Assembly (NCBI GenBank): GCA_963771355.1
Contig: CAVYTA010000005.1
Location: 288,001 to 352,000, forward strand
Length of the DNA: 64,000 nucleotides
From: an uncultured Candidatus Rokubacteria bacterium
GTDB lineage: Bacteria; Methylomirabilota; Methylomirabilia; Rokubacteriales; CSP1-6
Direction of reading: 5' to 3'
Under the pieces are notes generated by a model. It was not told the DNA's origin and searched no databases. It saw nothing but the letters and a program-made list of their open reading frames with translations. The first letter of the stretch is position 1. Each line of letters begins with the position of its first letter. Position numbers and translations under genes: made by a program. This document shows positions 21,798 to 31,417 of this stretch, one piece after another.

Positions 21798-23021
21798 GTG
21801 ACGATCTTCGCGTACCGGGCCGCGGACCGGAGCGGCCAGAGCATCGACGGAGTCATGGAAGCGCCCGACGCCCGGACGGTCGTCGATCGGCTGCAGCGCG
21901 ACGCATACTTCCCGATCACGATCGTCCCCCAGGGTGGGCGGCGTCGCGTGCTGGGTCTCGCGTGGCCGGACCTGGGCCTCGGGCGTGTCGCCCGCCGTGA
22001 CCTCCTGGCCCTCACCCAGCAGCTCGCGACACTGCTCGAGGCCGGCATGCCGCTCGATCGCGCGCTGACGATCCAGGTCGAGCTGGCGCCGAACGCCCGG
22101 GTCCGCTCGATCATGGGCGATGTGCTGCGCAGTGTGCGCGCCGGTTCCTCGCTGGCCGATGCGCTCGCCAAGCATCATCCCCGGCCGTTCTCCCGGCTCT
22201 ACGTGAACATGGTGCGGGCGGGGGAGAAGGGGGGCGTGCTCGAGTCCACCCTCCGGCGGCTGGCCGAGTTCCTGGAGGAGTCCCAAGAGTTCCGAGACGC
22301 AATGGTCTCGGCGCTGATCTATCCGGCGCTGCTCGTCGGCGTGGGCTCGGCAGCAGTGATCTTCCTGTTGACGTTCGTCGTCCCGCGCTTCGCCGCCATC
22401 TTCGGTGACCTGGACGCGACCCTCCCGCTCCCCACGTTGCTCCTTCTCCGCTTGAGCGAGGGGATGCAGCAGCACGCGTGGCTGCTGGGCCTGGGCGCTC
22501 TGGCCGCCCTGGTGGCGATCCGGATGGTGCTGGCGACGGCGGCGGGCCGACTCCGGGCGGATCGCCTGCTCCTCGGCCTTCCCATCGTCGGCGACGTCAT
22601 CGTCAAGATCGAGGTCGCGCGCTTCACCCGCATCCTGGGCACGCTGCTCCGGAGCGGCGTGGCCCTGGTCAGCGCCCTCGCCGTGGTCACCGAGCTGCTG
22701 GCGAACCGCGCGCTGGCTCGCGCGGTCGAGGGCCTGGGGGATGGTGTTCGGCGCGGTGCCGGTCTCGCCCAGCCGATCGCCGATGCGGGCGTCTTCCCGC
22801 GTCTGGCCGTCCACATGGTGCGCGTGGGCGAGGAGACGGGCCGGCTCGAAGAGATGCTCCTGCGGATCGCCACGGCGTACGAGGCCGAGAGCCGCAAGCT
22901 CGTCAAGCGGCTGATCGCGCTCGCCGAGCCCTCCGTCATCCTGGTCATGGGCTTGGTGGTGGGCTTCATCGTCGTGGCCATGCTCCTGGCCATCCTCTCC
23001 GTCACCGACATTCCGATCTAG
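21798..23021 (+). CDS. gspF: Type II secretion inner-membrane protein GspF
   Basis: QQLATLLEAGMPL, MVRAGEKGG, GEETGRL; three TM segments. Confidence 0.93.
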   Translation: MTIFAYRAADRSGQSIDGVMEAPDARTVVDRLQRDAYFPITIVPQGGRRRVLGLAWPDLGLGRVARRDLLALTQQLATLLEAGMPLDRALTIQVELAPNARVRSIMGDVLRSVRAGSSLADALAKHHPRPFSRLYVNMVRAGEKGGVLESTLRRLAEFLEESQEFRDAMVSALIYPALLVGVGSAAVIFLLTFVVPRFAAIFGDLDATLPLPTLLLLRLSEGMQQHAWLLGLGALAALVAIRMVLATAAGRLRADRLLLGLPIVGDVIVKIEVARFTRILGTLLRSGVALVSALAVVTELLANRALARAVEGLGDGVRRGAGLAQPIADAGVFPRLAVHMVRVGEETGRLEEMLLRIATAYEAESRKLVKRLIALAEPSVILVMGLVVGFIVVAMLLAILSVTDIPI

Positions 23022-23043
23022 GTTGCCCAACCGAGGACGTACC

Positions 23044-23499
23044 GTGACGTCAGTGTCCACCGTGCTCGATGAACCGGCATCCAACGGCCAGCGGGGGTTC
23101 TCGCTGGTCGAGCTGCTGGTCGTCATCATCATCCTGGGCCTGCTCGCCGGACTGGTCGGGCCGCGGCTCTTCGGCCGGGTCGGGCAGAGCAAGCAAGCGA
23201 CGGCCCGGGCCCAGATCGAGCTGTTCGGCGCCGCGCTCGACCAGTATCGTCTCGACGTCGGCGCGTATCCGCCCGCGGGCGTCGGCCTGTCGGCGCTGAT
23301 CCAGAGCCCCAACGCGGCGAACTGGAACGGTCCCTATCTCAAGAAGAACTTCGTGCCCCTCGATCCGTGGGGCAAGCCCTATCAGTACAAGTGCTGCCCG
23401 GGGGACCGGGGCGACTACGACATCTGGACCTACGGGGCGGACGGAGCCGCGGGCGGCGAGGGCGAAAACGCCGACGTCACGTCGTGGGACGCGCGGTGA
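23044..23499 (+). CDS. gspG: Major pseudopilin GspG (start 23023-23061)
   Basis: G|FSLVELLVV prepilin site; WNGPYL, DPWG, YGADG. Confidence 0.95.
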   Translation: MTSVSTVLDEPASNGQRGFSLVELLVVIIILGLLAGLVGPRLFGRVGQSKQATARAQIELFGAALDQYRLDVGAYPPAGVGLSALIQSPNAANWNGPYLKKNFVPLDPWGKPYQYKCCPGDRGDYDIWTYGADGAAGGEGENADVTSWDAR

Positions 23500-23963
23500 G
23501 ACGCGCCGGGCACCGCGGCGGCTACACCCTGATCGAGGTGGTGATGGTCCTGGCCGTGCTCGCCGTGGCCTGCGCGGTGATGACCCCCGCGGTGGGCCGG
23601 ACGATCGACGGGGTGAAGGTGCGGACGGAGGTGGCGGGGGTCGCGTCGTTCCTGCGCCGGGCCCGCGAGCAGGCGGTCACGCGTGGAGAGCCGTACGAGG
23701 TGGCGCTCGATTCCGGGGCGCGCACGCTGCTGTTCCGCCGCGCCGGCGGCGAGTCGAGGGCGGGCGTCGAGGCGCGCCGCGTCCTCTCGCCCTTGCTCCA
23801 CGTCACCGCCGCGCCGGGCCACGTCCCGACGCGGATCACCTTCATGCCCCAGGGCCGGTCGAGCGGCGGAATCCTGCGGATCGAGGCGGTGGGGCCGCGG
23901 GTGTACCTCATCACCGTGGATCCGCTGACGGGGCGCGTGACGACACAGCGGGTGGACGCATGA
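23496..23963 (+). CDS. gspH: Minor pseudopilin GspH
   Basis: G|YTLIEVV; 'ITFMPQGRSSGG'; GTGA overlap with gspG. Confidence 0.85.
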   Translation: MRRAGHRGGYTLIEVVMVLAVLAVACAVMTPAVGRTIDGVKVRTEVAGVASFLRRAREQAVTRGEPYEVALDSGARTLLFRRAGGESRAGVEARRVLSPLLHVTAAPGHVPTRITFMPQGRSSGGILRIEAVGPRVYLITVDPLTGRVTTQRVDA

Positions 23964-24358
23964 GCCGCGGATTCACTCTGCTCGAGGTCCTCGTGGCCAT
24001 GACCATCCTGGCGCTGGCCCTCGTGGCCCTGCTGCAGCTGTCCGCCCAGGGCCTGCGCCTGCTGCGCCTGTCGGAAGATTACCAGGAGGCGGTGCGCCTG
24101 GCTGACCATCTCGCGGGCGGCATCGAGCCCGCGCAGGAGCGCGTGGAGGCGGGGCAGCAGGGGGTCCTTCGCTGGGAGCGCCGGACCACGCTGGTGCCCG
24201 TGCCGGAGGAGCTGACTCCCGCCGCGGGACCGCCGTCCCGCATGTATGCGGTGTCGGTGGCGGTGCGCTGGGGGCGCAATCGCACGCTGGAGCTGGTGAG
24301 CCTCCGCACGGTGGTAGGGGCGCCGGATGGCACGACGTCCGAGCGCGCAATCCGATGA
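23960..24358 (+). CDS. gspI: Minor pseudopilin GspI
   Basis: G|FTLLEVLVA; operon position; ATGA overlap. Confidence 0.85.
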   Translation: MSRGFTLLEVLVAMTILALALVALLQLSAQGLRLLRLSEDYQEAVRLADHLAGGIEPAQERVEAGQQGVLRWERRTTLVPVPEELTPAAGPPSRMYAVSVAVRWGRNRTLELVSLRTVVGAPDGTTSERAIR

Positions 24359-24957
24359 CCGACCGTCGCGCTCGCGGCTTCACGCTCATCGAGATGCTGC
24401 TGGCGCTGAGCATCGGGGCGGCCCTGCTCGTCGCCATGTTCGGGGGCGTCCGGGTGGGGCTGGCCGCGTGGAGCCGGGGCGAAGCGCGGGCGATGACCCT
24501 CGAGCACGGTCGCACCCTCGCCCAGGTCCTCGGACGGGCCGTGGCGGGGACGTATCCCTATCGGGGCGCGCCGGTCGTGGGTGCGCCCGTGCGTATCATC
24601 TTCGAAGGCCAGCCGGACCGATTTACCTTCGTCACCCTCGCGCCTTCCATCCCGGCGCTGGCCCCAATCACCTTCACCGCGGTGAGCCTGTCCCGGGACG
24701 AGCAGGGGCTCGCGGTGCGCCAGCTCCCCCTGCCCAACCTCGAGCCGGTCGATCGTGTCGCGCCCGTCCTGGTGGATCCGACCGTCATCGCGGTGCGCTT
24801 CCGCTACCTCGGTGAGGAAGACTGGAAGGACCGGTGGGACATGACCAAGGAGGACAGCTTGCCTCGCGCGGTGGAGATCGTGCTGACCACCGCCGTCGGC
24901 AATCGCGCCGTGGAGCAGCCTCCGCTCCTCGTGCCCATCAGGGCCTTCACGCCATGA
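24355..24957 (+). CDS. gspJ: Minor pseudopilin GspJ
   Basis: G|FTLIEML; C-terminal 'W…W…LPRAVEI'. Confidence 0.85.
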   Translation: MTDRRARGFTLIEMLLALSIGAALLVAMFGGVRVGLAAWSRGEARAMTLEHGRTLAQVLGRAVAGTYPYRGAPVVGAPVRIIFEGQPDRFTFVTLAPSIPALAPITFTAVSLSRDEQGLAVRQLPLPNLEPVDRVAPVLVDPTVIAVRFRYLGEEDWKDRWDMTKEDSLPRAVEIVLTTAVGNRAVEQPPLLVPIRAFTP

Positions 24958-25895
24958 AGACCGAGCGCGGCTTCGTCCTGATCTCCGTCCTGCTGGCGCT
25001 GACTCTCCTCGCGGTAGTGGTCACCGAGTTCGTCTTTTCCATGCGGCTCGAGGCGTCGATGGTCCGTTCGTATCGGGACAGCGTGCTGGCCGCGCACCTG
25101 GCCGAAGGCGGGGTGCAGCAGGCCATTCGCGAGGTCCTGAGCCAGGCCCAGATCACCGCACTGGACGAGGACGGGCAGCTGGTCTTCTACCGAGCCCTCC
25201 CGGGGCAGACCACCCCCGAGCGTTTGCCGCCCCTGCCGCGCACCCGCGTGCCCCTGGGACGGGGAGAGTTCTCCTATCGGATCACCGACGAAGCGGCACG
25301 GCTCGACATCAACACGAGCACCCCCGCGCGGCTGGACCGCCTGCTCGCCGCCCTGGACGTCGAGCGGCGACAGCGCGACATCATCAACGACTCGCTCCAG
25401 GACTGGCGCGACCGTGACGAGGTGCACCGGCTCAACGGCGCCGAGAGCGAGGACGTCTATCTCCGGCTGCCGGTTCCGTACCGCTCGCGGAACGGCAATC
25501 TCCAGGATGCGGCGGAGCTACGCCAGATCCGGGGCGTGAGCCACGAGCTCTACGTGGGGACGGGTGACCGCCCCGGACTCGGCGACCTGGTCACCGCCGT
25601 CGCGGTCGGTCGCGTCAACCTGAACACTGCCCCCGCGCCGGTCCTCAAGGCTCTCGGCTTCGCGGATGCCGAAGTCTCCGACGTCCTTCAGACGCGCGTC
25701 CGAACTCCCTACCTCACGGTGCCGGGCCAATTCGCGGCTCGCGGCCTGGTGGTCGGCAGCGCCATCTTCCGGATCGAGGCCGAGGGCCGCATACCCGGCT
25801 CACCGCCGAGCCGCGTCCTCGCCATCGTTCAACGAGGTGGGCAGACCGGTGCGGTGGGGGTGACGTTCCGCCTGTGGCGCCCGGAGATCGACTGA
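24954..25895 (+). CDS. gspK: Minor pseudopilin GspK
   Basis: G|FVLISVL lacking Glu5; DEAARLDIN, DWRD, GAE, VNLNTA. Confidence 0.9.
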   Translation: MKTERGFVLISVLLALTLLAVVVTEFVFSMRLEASMVRSYRDSVLAAHLAEGGVQQAIREVLSQAQITALDEDGQLVFYRALPGQTTPERLPPLPRTRVPLGRGEFSYRITDEAARLDINTSTPARLDRLLAALDVERRQRDIINDSLQDWRDRDEVHRLNGAESEDVYLRLPVPYRSRNGNLQDAAELRQIRGVSHELYVGTGDRPGLGDLVTAVAVGRVNLNTAPAPVLKALGFADAEVSDVLQTRVRTPYLTVPGQFAARGLVVGSAIFRIEAEGRIPGSPPSRVLAIVQRGGQTGAVGVTFRLWRPEID

Positions 25896-27253
25896 TGATT
25901 CGCGACTCCATCGGGCTCTCGCTCGAAGACGGCCGGCTCACCGTCGTCGCCGTCGGGGGCCACGATCGCTTGACGTACTTCGTGGTCGAGGGTGTCGAGG
26001 ACCCCGCCCGCGCGCTCGATGTCGAGCTCCGGGCCCGAAAGATCCGAGCCCGCCGCATTCACGTCGGTCTGGATCGGCGATCAGTGGTGGTGAAGGCGTT
26101 CGAGCTGCCCCGAGCGAGCAGCGGTGATCTCGGGCAGATGGTGGGATTCGAGCTGGAGCGGCATGTGCCCTTTCCGCCCGAGGAAGCGCGGTTCAGCTGG
26201 ATCGAGCTGCCGAGCGGCGCCGACGAGTCGCGCCGCCTGCTCGTGGTTGCGGGCGGGCGGCGGGCCGTGGAGCGGCCTCTGGGCCTCCTGGCCGGGGTCA
26301 AGCGCCGGCCCGCCGCCATCACGGTGGCCTGCCACGAGCTGCCGGCGCTCCTGCCCCGTGCGCTCCCGGCCCGGCGCGCGGTCTGGGCTCACCGGCACGG
26401 CACCCGTACCGACGTGCTCTTGCTCATCGGCCGCACCCTCCTCATGAGCCGCTCGGTCGCGATCACCGATCCCGCGGGGCTCGCGCAGGAGATCCAGCGG
26501 AGTCTGCCGCTGGTGGGCTGGAGCGACTGCGAGGCGGTGTGGATCTCGGGCGACGAGGCCCCCGGCTGGATCGCCGCTCCCGAGCTCGCGGCCGTTCTCG
26601 ACGCGCCGGTCTCCGCTCCGCCCTACTCCGCACGCGGCGGAGCCCTCGTCGCGTCCCTGCCGCCCGAGGCCGGCGGTGCGGCCCTGCTCGCGCTCGGACT
26701 GGCCCTCGGCTCCCGGCGGCCTGCGCTCGACTTGCTGCCGGCGGAGCTGCGGCCCTGGACGCTGTCGCGCGCCCAGCTCGTGACGGCCGGAATCGCTTCA
26801 GTCACGGCGCTGCTGGGCCTGGCGCTGGCCTTCGCCCACGTCCAGAGAACCGAGCGCTACCTCGGACGTCTGACCGAGGAGATCCGTCGCCTCGATCCCG
26901 AGGTCAGTGCCGTCGATGCGCAGGCGGCCGAGCGGATCCGGAGCCGGCGCGTCCTGGCCGGACTGGAGTCGGTACAGCGCACGAGCCTTCCGGCGCTGCC
27001 GCTCCTGCGGGAGCTCACGGAAGCGCTGCCGGACACTGCCTGGCTCCAGGTCTTGAACATGGACCGCGAAGGCGTCGAGCTCACCGGGCAAGCCGATGCT
27101 GCCAGCCAGCTCATCCCGCTGCTCGAAGCCTCACGCTGGCTCGAGCGCGTCGAGTTCACCTCACCGGTGACCAAGCTGCAGGGCAAGGAGCAGTTCCGCC
27201 TCCGGGCGGCTTGGGAAACCCCGCGGGCGTTGCCGCCCGCCCCGGTGCGCTAG
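25895..27253 (+). CDS. gspL: GspL/PilN-domain protein
   Basis: FELERHVPF cytoplasmic region, one TM, PilN-like LPDTAWL…LTGQA; operon position. Confidence 0.8.
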   Translation: MIRDSIGLSLEDGRLTVVAVGGHDRLTYFVVEGVEDPARALDVELRARKIRARRIHVGLDRRSVVVKAFELPRASSGDLGQMVGFELERHVPFPPEEARFSWIELPSGADESRRLLVVAGGRRAVERPLGLLAGVKRRPAAITVACHELPALLPRALPARRAVWAHRHGTRTDVLLLIGRTLLMSRSVAITDPAGLAQEIQRSLPLVGWSDCEAVWISGDEAPGWIAAPELAAVLDAPVSAPPYSARGGALVASLPPEAGGAALLALGLALGSRRPALDLLPAELRPWTLSRAQLVTAGIASVTALLGLALAFAHVQRTERYLGRLTEEIRRLDPEVSAVDAQAAERIRSRRVLAGLESVQRTSLPALPLLRELTEALPDTAWLQVLNMDREGVELTGQADAASQLIPLLEASRWLERVEFTSPVTKLQGKEQFRLRAAWETPRALPPAPVR

Positions 27254-27254
27254 C

Positions 27255-27854
27255 ATGACGACCCTCAGCCGCCGCGAACGCACGCTGATCGGGCTCGGCA
27301 TGGGCACGGTGCTGGTGATCGGCCTCTACCTCTTCGTGGTCGAGCCGCTGGTGGATCGGGTCCGAGAGGCGAAGGGCCGAACGGTGACGCGCGAGGCTGC
27401 CCTCGAGCGGCGGCGGCTCCTGATCGCCCAGGGCCCGCGCATCGCCGAGGAGCTCCAGAGCGTCACCAGGCGCCTCGAGTCCGAGTCCGCGCGGCTCCTG
27501 CGCGGTCCGACGGCGCCGCTGGCCGCCTCGGAGCTCCAGAAGCTGGTCAAGGACGTGGCCGCCAGCAGCAACATGGAGGTCCGGAGCGAGCGCGTGCTGC
27601 CGGCGACGGATCGCGAAGGGCTCCAGGAGGTCCCCATCGAGATCATCGTCGCCGGCAGTATCCGCGATACGATGACCGCGCTCTACCGGCTCGAGCATGC
27701 CGACCGCCTGTTGATGATCAAGGACCTCAAGTTCCGAACGGTGTCGGTTGGACAGCCGCGTGAGCTGATGACCACGCTCACCGTGGCCGGTTATGTCATG
27801 CCGGACGCGGGGTCGCGGCCCGAAGTCAAGCCCGCGGTCAGGAAGGACGGCTAG
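27255..27854 (+). CDS. gspM: GspM/PilO-like protein
   Basis: LSRRER + TM + coiled coil; follows gspL. Confidence 0.8.
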   Translation: MTTLSRRERTLIGLGMGTVLVIGLYLFVVEPLVDRVREAKGRTVTREAALERRRLLIAQGPRIAEELQSVTRRLESESARLLRGPTAPLAASELQKLVKDVAASSNMEVRSERVLPATDREGLQEVPIEIIVAGSIRDTMTALYRLEHADRLLMIKDLKFRTVSVGQPRELMTTLTVAGYVMPDAGSRPEVKPAVRKDG

Positions 27855-27856
27855 AC

Positions 27857-28441
27857 GTGTCGAGACGGTTGTTCATCGTGAATGTACTCGTGGGCGCGCT
27901 CGGTTGCCTGTTCGCGGCCGGCCTGATCCGCGAGGTGAGCACCGGGCACCCGTTGCCGCCGGTTCCCGCTCCCCGCGCCAGCCAGACCGCCCCCGAGGCC
28001 GGGGGAGCCCCCACCAGCCAGCCGGAACCGATCGTCGCCTATCAAACTATCGCGACCAAGAACCTCTTCAACCCGGCGCGCTCCGAGGTGACCGTGGCGA
28101 GCGTCGCAGCGTCGGGCCCCAAGCCCGTTCTCCACGGCGTCATGCTCGACGGCGACAAGAGCCGCGCGTATCTGGAGGAGCCACCGGCCAAGCGGGTCTT
28201 CGGCTACGCGGTTGGCGACACCATCGCGGGGGGCCGGCTGGACTCGATTCGTTCCGACCGCGTGGTGATCGCGCGGCCCGAGGGTCCGGTGGAGGTGCTG
28301 CTGCACGACCCGTCGAAGCCCAAGCCGGTGGCGCCCGCGGCAGCCGGCCCAGCCACGCAGCGAGTACTGCCCGAGCCAGCGCGCTCGCCCGGCCCCGGCG
28401 CCGTGCAGTCCCAGCCGCCAAGACAGGCCCTGCCCCGATGA
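27857..28441 (+). CDS. GspC-like protein (no PDZ domain)
   Basis: N-terminal TM, KNLFNPAR, VLHGVM…YAVGDTI…SIRSDRVVI HR-like domain; lies between gspM and gspD. Confidence 0.65.
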   Translation: MSRRLFIVNVLVGALGCLFAAGLIREVSTGHPLPPVPAPRASQTAPEAGGAPTSQPEPIVAYQTIATKNLFNPARSEVTVASVAASGPKPVLHGVMLDGDKSRAYLEEPPAKRVFGYAVGDTIAGGRLDSIRSDRVVIARPEGPVEVLLHDPSKPKPVAPAAAGPATQRVLPEPARSPGPGAVQSQPPRQALPR

Positions 28442-31353
28442 GTCGCGCCCGATTCGCGCGGTGGCTGTTGGTGATATGGGCCTTGACCGGCTGTGCCTCG
28501 GCTGCCGCACCGCCCGGCGGCCAGACGGGCCCCACCGTCACGCCGGCTGACCCGCCCCGGCCCAGGGTGGAAGTGACCACAGAAGCTGAACCCGTGCCGA
28601 GCGCGCCGGCTGGGCCGGTGGGACCAGAACCGGTAGCGCCCGCCGGTCCCCTCTCGTCGCTCTCGGTAGGCCCGGCCCAGCCCGCGGAGCCATCCCCCGT
28701 GGCGCCGCCCGCGCTGACGGCGCCCGGGGCGCCTTCACCCAAGGTGGCCCAACCCCCGGTCCCTGCTCCTAAGGTTGCCGCCGGACAGAGCGCTGTGCAG
28801 CTCAAGCACGTACAGGTGGAACAGCAGGCCGACTCCGTCACCGTGAAGCTCTGGACCACGGGGATTCCGAGCTATTCGGCCTCGTTGATCGACGCCCCCA
28901 CTCGACTCGTGATCGACCTCACAGGCACCGCCTACGCCTGGGACAAGTCCCGCGTGAATCCGGACGTGGCCCCGATCCGGGAGATCCGGGGCAGCCAGTG
29001 GAAGGTGGGCACGGCCCGCATCGTCCTCGAGCTGACCCGCAAGGTCGGCTACCGCATCGAGCCGAGTGCCGAGGGTCTGTCGATCATCTTCGATTCCTCC
29101 GCTACCGCCGTCAGGGCGGATGCGCCCAAGCCAACCGCGAGCAAGCCGGCGCCGAAGGCCGTCGCCGTGGTGGCCAAGGCAGAGACCTCCCCGGCCGCCG
29201 AGACGCCCAAGACGGAAACCCCCACAGTCACGCCTGCCGGGCCCCCCTCGGCTGCGGCAGCCCCCGCCCGGCGGCAGATCGTGTTCAACTTCGACAACGC
29301 CGACGTCGAGCTGGTGATACAGGCGGCGGCCGAGATTGTGGGCTTCAACTACGTGCTGGCCCCTGGAGTTCGCGGGCGCACCGTGACCGTGAAGACCCTG
29401 GGCAAGATCTCGGCCGACGAGGTCTTCGGGGTCCTGCTCACTATCCTCGATGTCAACGGTCTGGCCGCCGTCCGGACGGGCAACCTGTACCGGATCATCC
29501 CGCGTGAAGGCGCGCCCCAGACATCGATCAAGACGGTCGTGGGTCGCGACGTGGATCCGGCGCAGCCGGCCGACGAAATCGTTACCCAGGTGGTGCCGCT
29601 GGGATTTCTCGGAGCCTCGGATGCGGTGACGCTGCTCCGCCCACTCGTGCCCCCGGGGGGCACCCTCGGCGCGCATCCAGAGAGCAACCTGCTGATCGTC
29701 ACGGACACGGTTGCGAACATCCGCCGACTCCTCGACATCGTGAGGTTGGTCGACGTGGAGGGTGCCCACAGCGAGCTGCGGATCATCCCGCTCATGCACG
29801 CGGACGCCCAGGAGCTGGCCCAGCTCCTCACGCAGGTCTTCGCCAGCGGTCGCCTGAGCACGGGACTCTCGGGTGTGGGGGCCGGCGTGCCCGCCCCGGC
29901 TCCGCCGCCGCCGCCCGCGCCCGGAGCGCCCGGAGCGCCGCCGGCGGCCCCGCGGCCGCCGCCTGCCGGCGCGGGAACTCCACTGGGGAGCGAGGCGCCC
30001 TTGATTCTGCCCGAACCCCGCTCCAACTCCCTCGTGGTCCATGCGCGGAGAAGGGACATCGAGACCATCCGCCGGCTGGTCGAGAAGCTCGACGTGGACA
30101 TCTACGGCGGCCGGCGCGTCTTCATCTACTTCGTCGAGAACACCAAGGCCAAGGACCTCGCCACGACCCTCGACGCCATCTACGGCTCCGATCGGGGCCC
30201 CTCCATCACCGGCGTCCAGCCGACATTGCGGTCGCCCAGCATCTCCAGCCCGTACGGCACGCCCACCACCACCGCTCCCGGCGCGCCGTTGGCTCCGTCC
30301 CTGTCACCCCTGTCGTCGCCCCTGTCGTCGTCCCTGTCGGCTCAGGGGCCGGGCGGGCGGCTGCCCATCGGCAGCTTCCCGGGTCTGGCCGGCGGCGAGG
30401 GCGGGCCTCCCGTGGCCGAGGTCCGGATCATCGCCGACGAGGTCACCAACTCGATCATCGTGCCCACCTACCCGCGGCTCTGGAGGGAGATCGAGGAGAC
30501 CATCAAGAAGCTCGACAAGATGCCGCGCCAGGTACTCATCGAGGTCCTCGCCGCCGAGGTCACGCTGAACGACGATATGAAGCTCGGCATGGAATGGGCG
30601 ATCCGCTCCGGCAGGTTCACCGCGATCTCCTCGCCGTCCGGCACGCTTCCCGGGCGGCCCGATCGCGCCCTCATCCCCCTCGGGGGTATCGTCCCCCATG
30701 GATTCAGCGCCTTCGCCTTCGCCGCCGACAAGTTCCTCGCCGCGCTCAACGCCCTCGCCAGCGAGAACAAGGTCAACGTGCTGTCCAACCCGTCCATCAT
30801 GACCGCGGAGAACAAGAAGGCCGTCATCAATGTCTCGACCTCGGTGCCCATCGTCACGTCTCAGCAGGTGCCGGTGGCCACCGGCGGGATCACCGGCAAT
30901 TCCATCACGCAGGCCGTGGAGTACAAGGACGCCGGCATCATCCTCAGCGTCACCCCGCGCATCGGGGAGCAGGGGACGGTGTCCCTCGACGTCAAGCAGG
31001 AGTTCAACCAGGTAGGCGAAAACGAGCCCCCGCCCATCAACTCGCCTCGCTTCACCAAGCGGGAGGTCGAGACCTCCGTCGTGCTGCTCAACAACCAAAC
31101 GCTCGTCCTGGGCGGACTCATCCAGAACCGGCGCTCGCGGGTCCACTCTGGCATTCCCTTGCTGAGCCGCATTCCGGTCCTGGGCTATCTCTTCGGCTCG
31201 GTCGAGCAGAGGCTCGAGCGGACGGAGCTGCTGATCCTGATCACCCCCCGCGCGGTGGGCACCGCGCTCGACGCCGCGCGCATCACCGACGAGATGCGGC
31301 GTATCACGCCCGAGATGGAGCAGTCCATCCGCCAGGCGCCGCGCCAGCCCTAG
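28438..31353 (+). CDS. gspD: Secretin GspD, lipoprotein with N-terminal AMIN domain
   Basis: Lipobox LTGC; 'PTRLVIDL…IREIRGSQ…ARIVLEL' (AMIN); FNFDNAD (N0); QVLIEV, LGGLI, IPVLGYLF, LITPR. Confidence 0.92.
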   Translation: MSRARFARWLLVIWALTGCASAAAPPGGQTGPTVTPADPPRPRVEVTTEAEPVPSAPAGPVGPEPVAPAGPLSSLSVGPAQPAEPSPVAPPALTAPGAPSPKVAQPPVPAPKVAAGQSAVQLKHVQVEQQADSVTVKLWTTGIPSYSASLIDAPTRLVIDLTGTAYAWDKSRVNPDVAPIREIRGSQWKVGTARIVLELTRKVGYRIEPSAEGLSIIFDSSATAVRADAPKPTASKPAPKAVAVVAKAETSPAAETPKTETPTVTPAGPPSAAAAPARRQIVFNFDNADVELVIQAAAEIVGFNYVLAPGVRGRTVTVKTLGKISADEVFGVLLTILDVNGLAAVRTGNLYRIIPREGAPQTSIKTVVGRDVDPAQPADEIVTQVVPLGFLGASDAVTLLRPLVPPGGTLGAHPESNLLIVTDTVANIRRLLDIVRLVDVEGAHSELRIIPLMHADAQELAQLLTQVFASGRLSTGLSGVGAGVPAPAPPPPPAPGAPGAPPAAPRPPPAGAGTPLGSEAPLILPEPRSNSLVVHARRRDIETIRRLVEKLDVDIYGGRRVFIYFVENTKAKDLATTLDAIYGSDRGPSITGVQPTLRSPSISSPYGTPTTTAPGAPLAPSLSPLSSPLSSSLSAQGPGGRLPIGSFPGLAGGEGGPPVAEVRIIADEVTNSIIVPTYPRLWREIEETIKKLDKMPRQVLIEVLAAEVTLNDDMKLGMEWAIRSGRFTAISSPSGTLPGRPDRALIPLGGIVPHGFSAFAFAADKFLAALNALASENKVNVLSNPSIMTAENKKAVINVSTSVPIVTSQQVPVATGGITGNSITQAVEYKDAGIILSVTPRIGEQGTVSLDVKQEFNQVGENEPPPINSPRFTKREVETSVVLLNNQTLVLGGLIQNRRSRVHSGIPLLSRIPVLGYLFGSVEQRLERTELLILITPRAVGTALDAARITDEMRRITPEMEQSIRQAPRQP

Positions 31354-31356
31354 CCG
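31252..31356 (+). repeat. gspD 3' end, copy 1 of a ~105-bp direct repeat
   Basis: Aligns with 35240-35345. Confidence 0.8.
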
Positions 31357-31417
31357 GCCGCGGACACGCTTCTGGGCGGGGACAATGAAGGTCCCCGCCC
31401 AGGTGCCTTCGCCGCCG

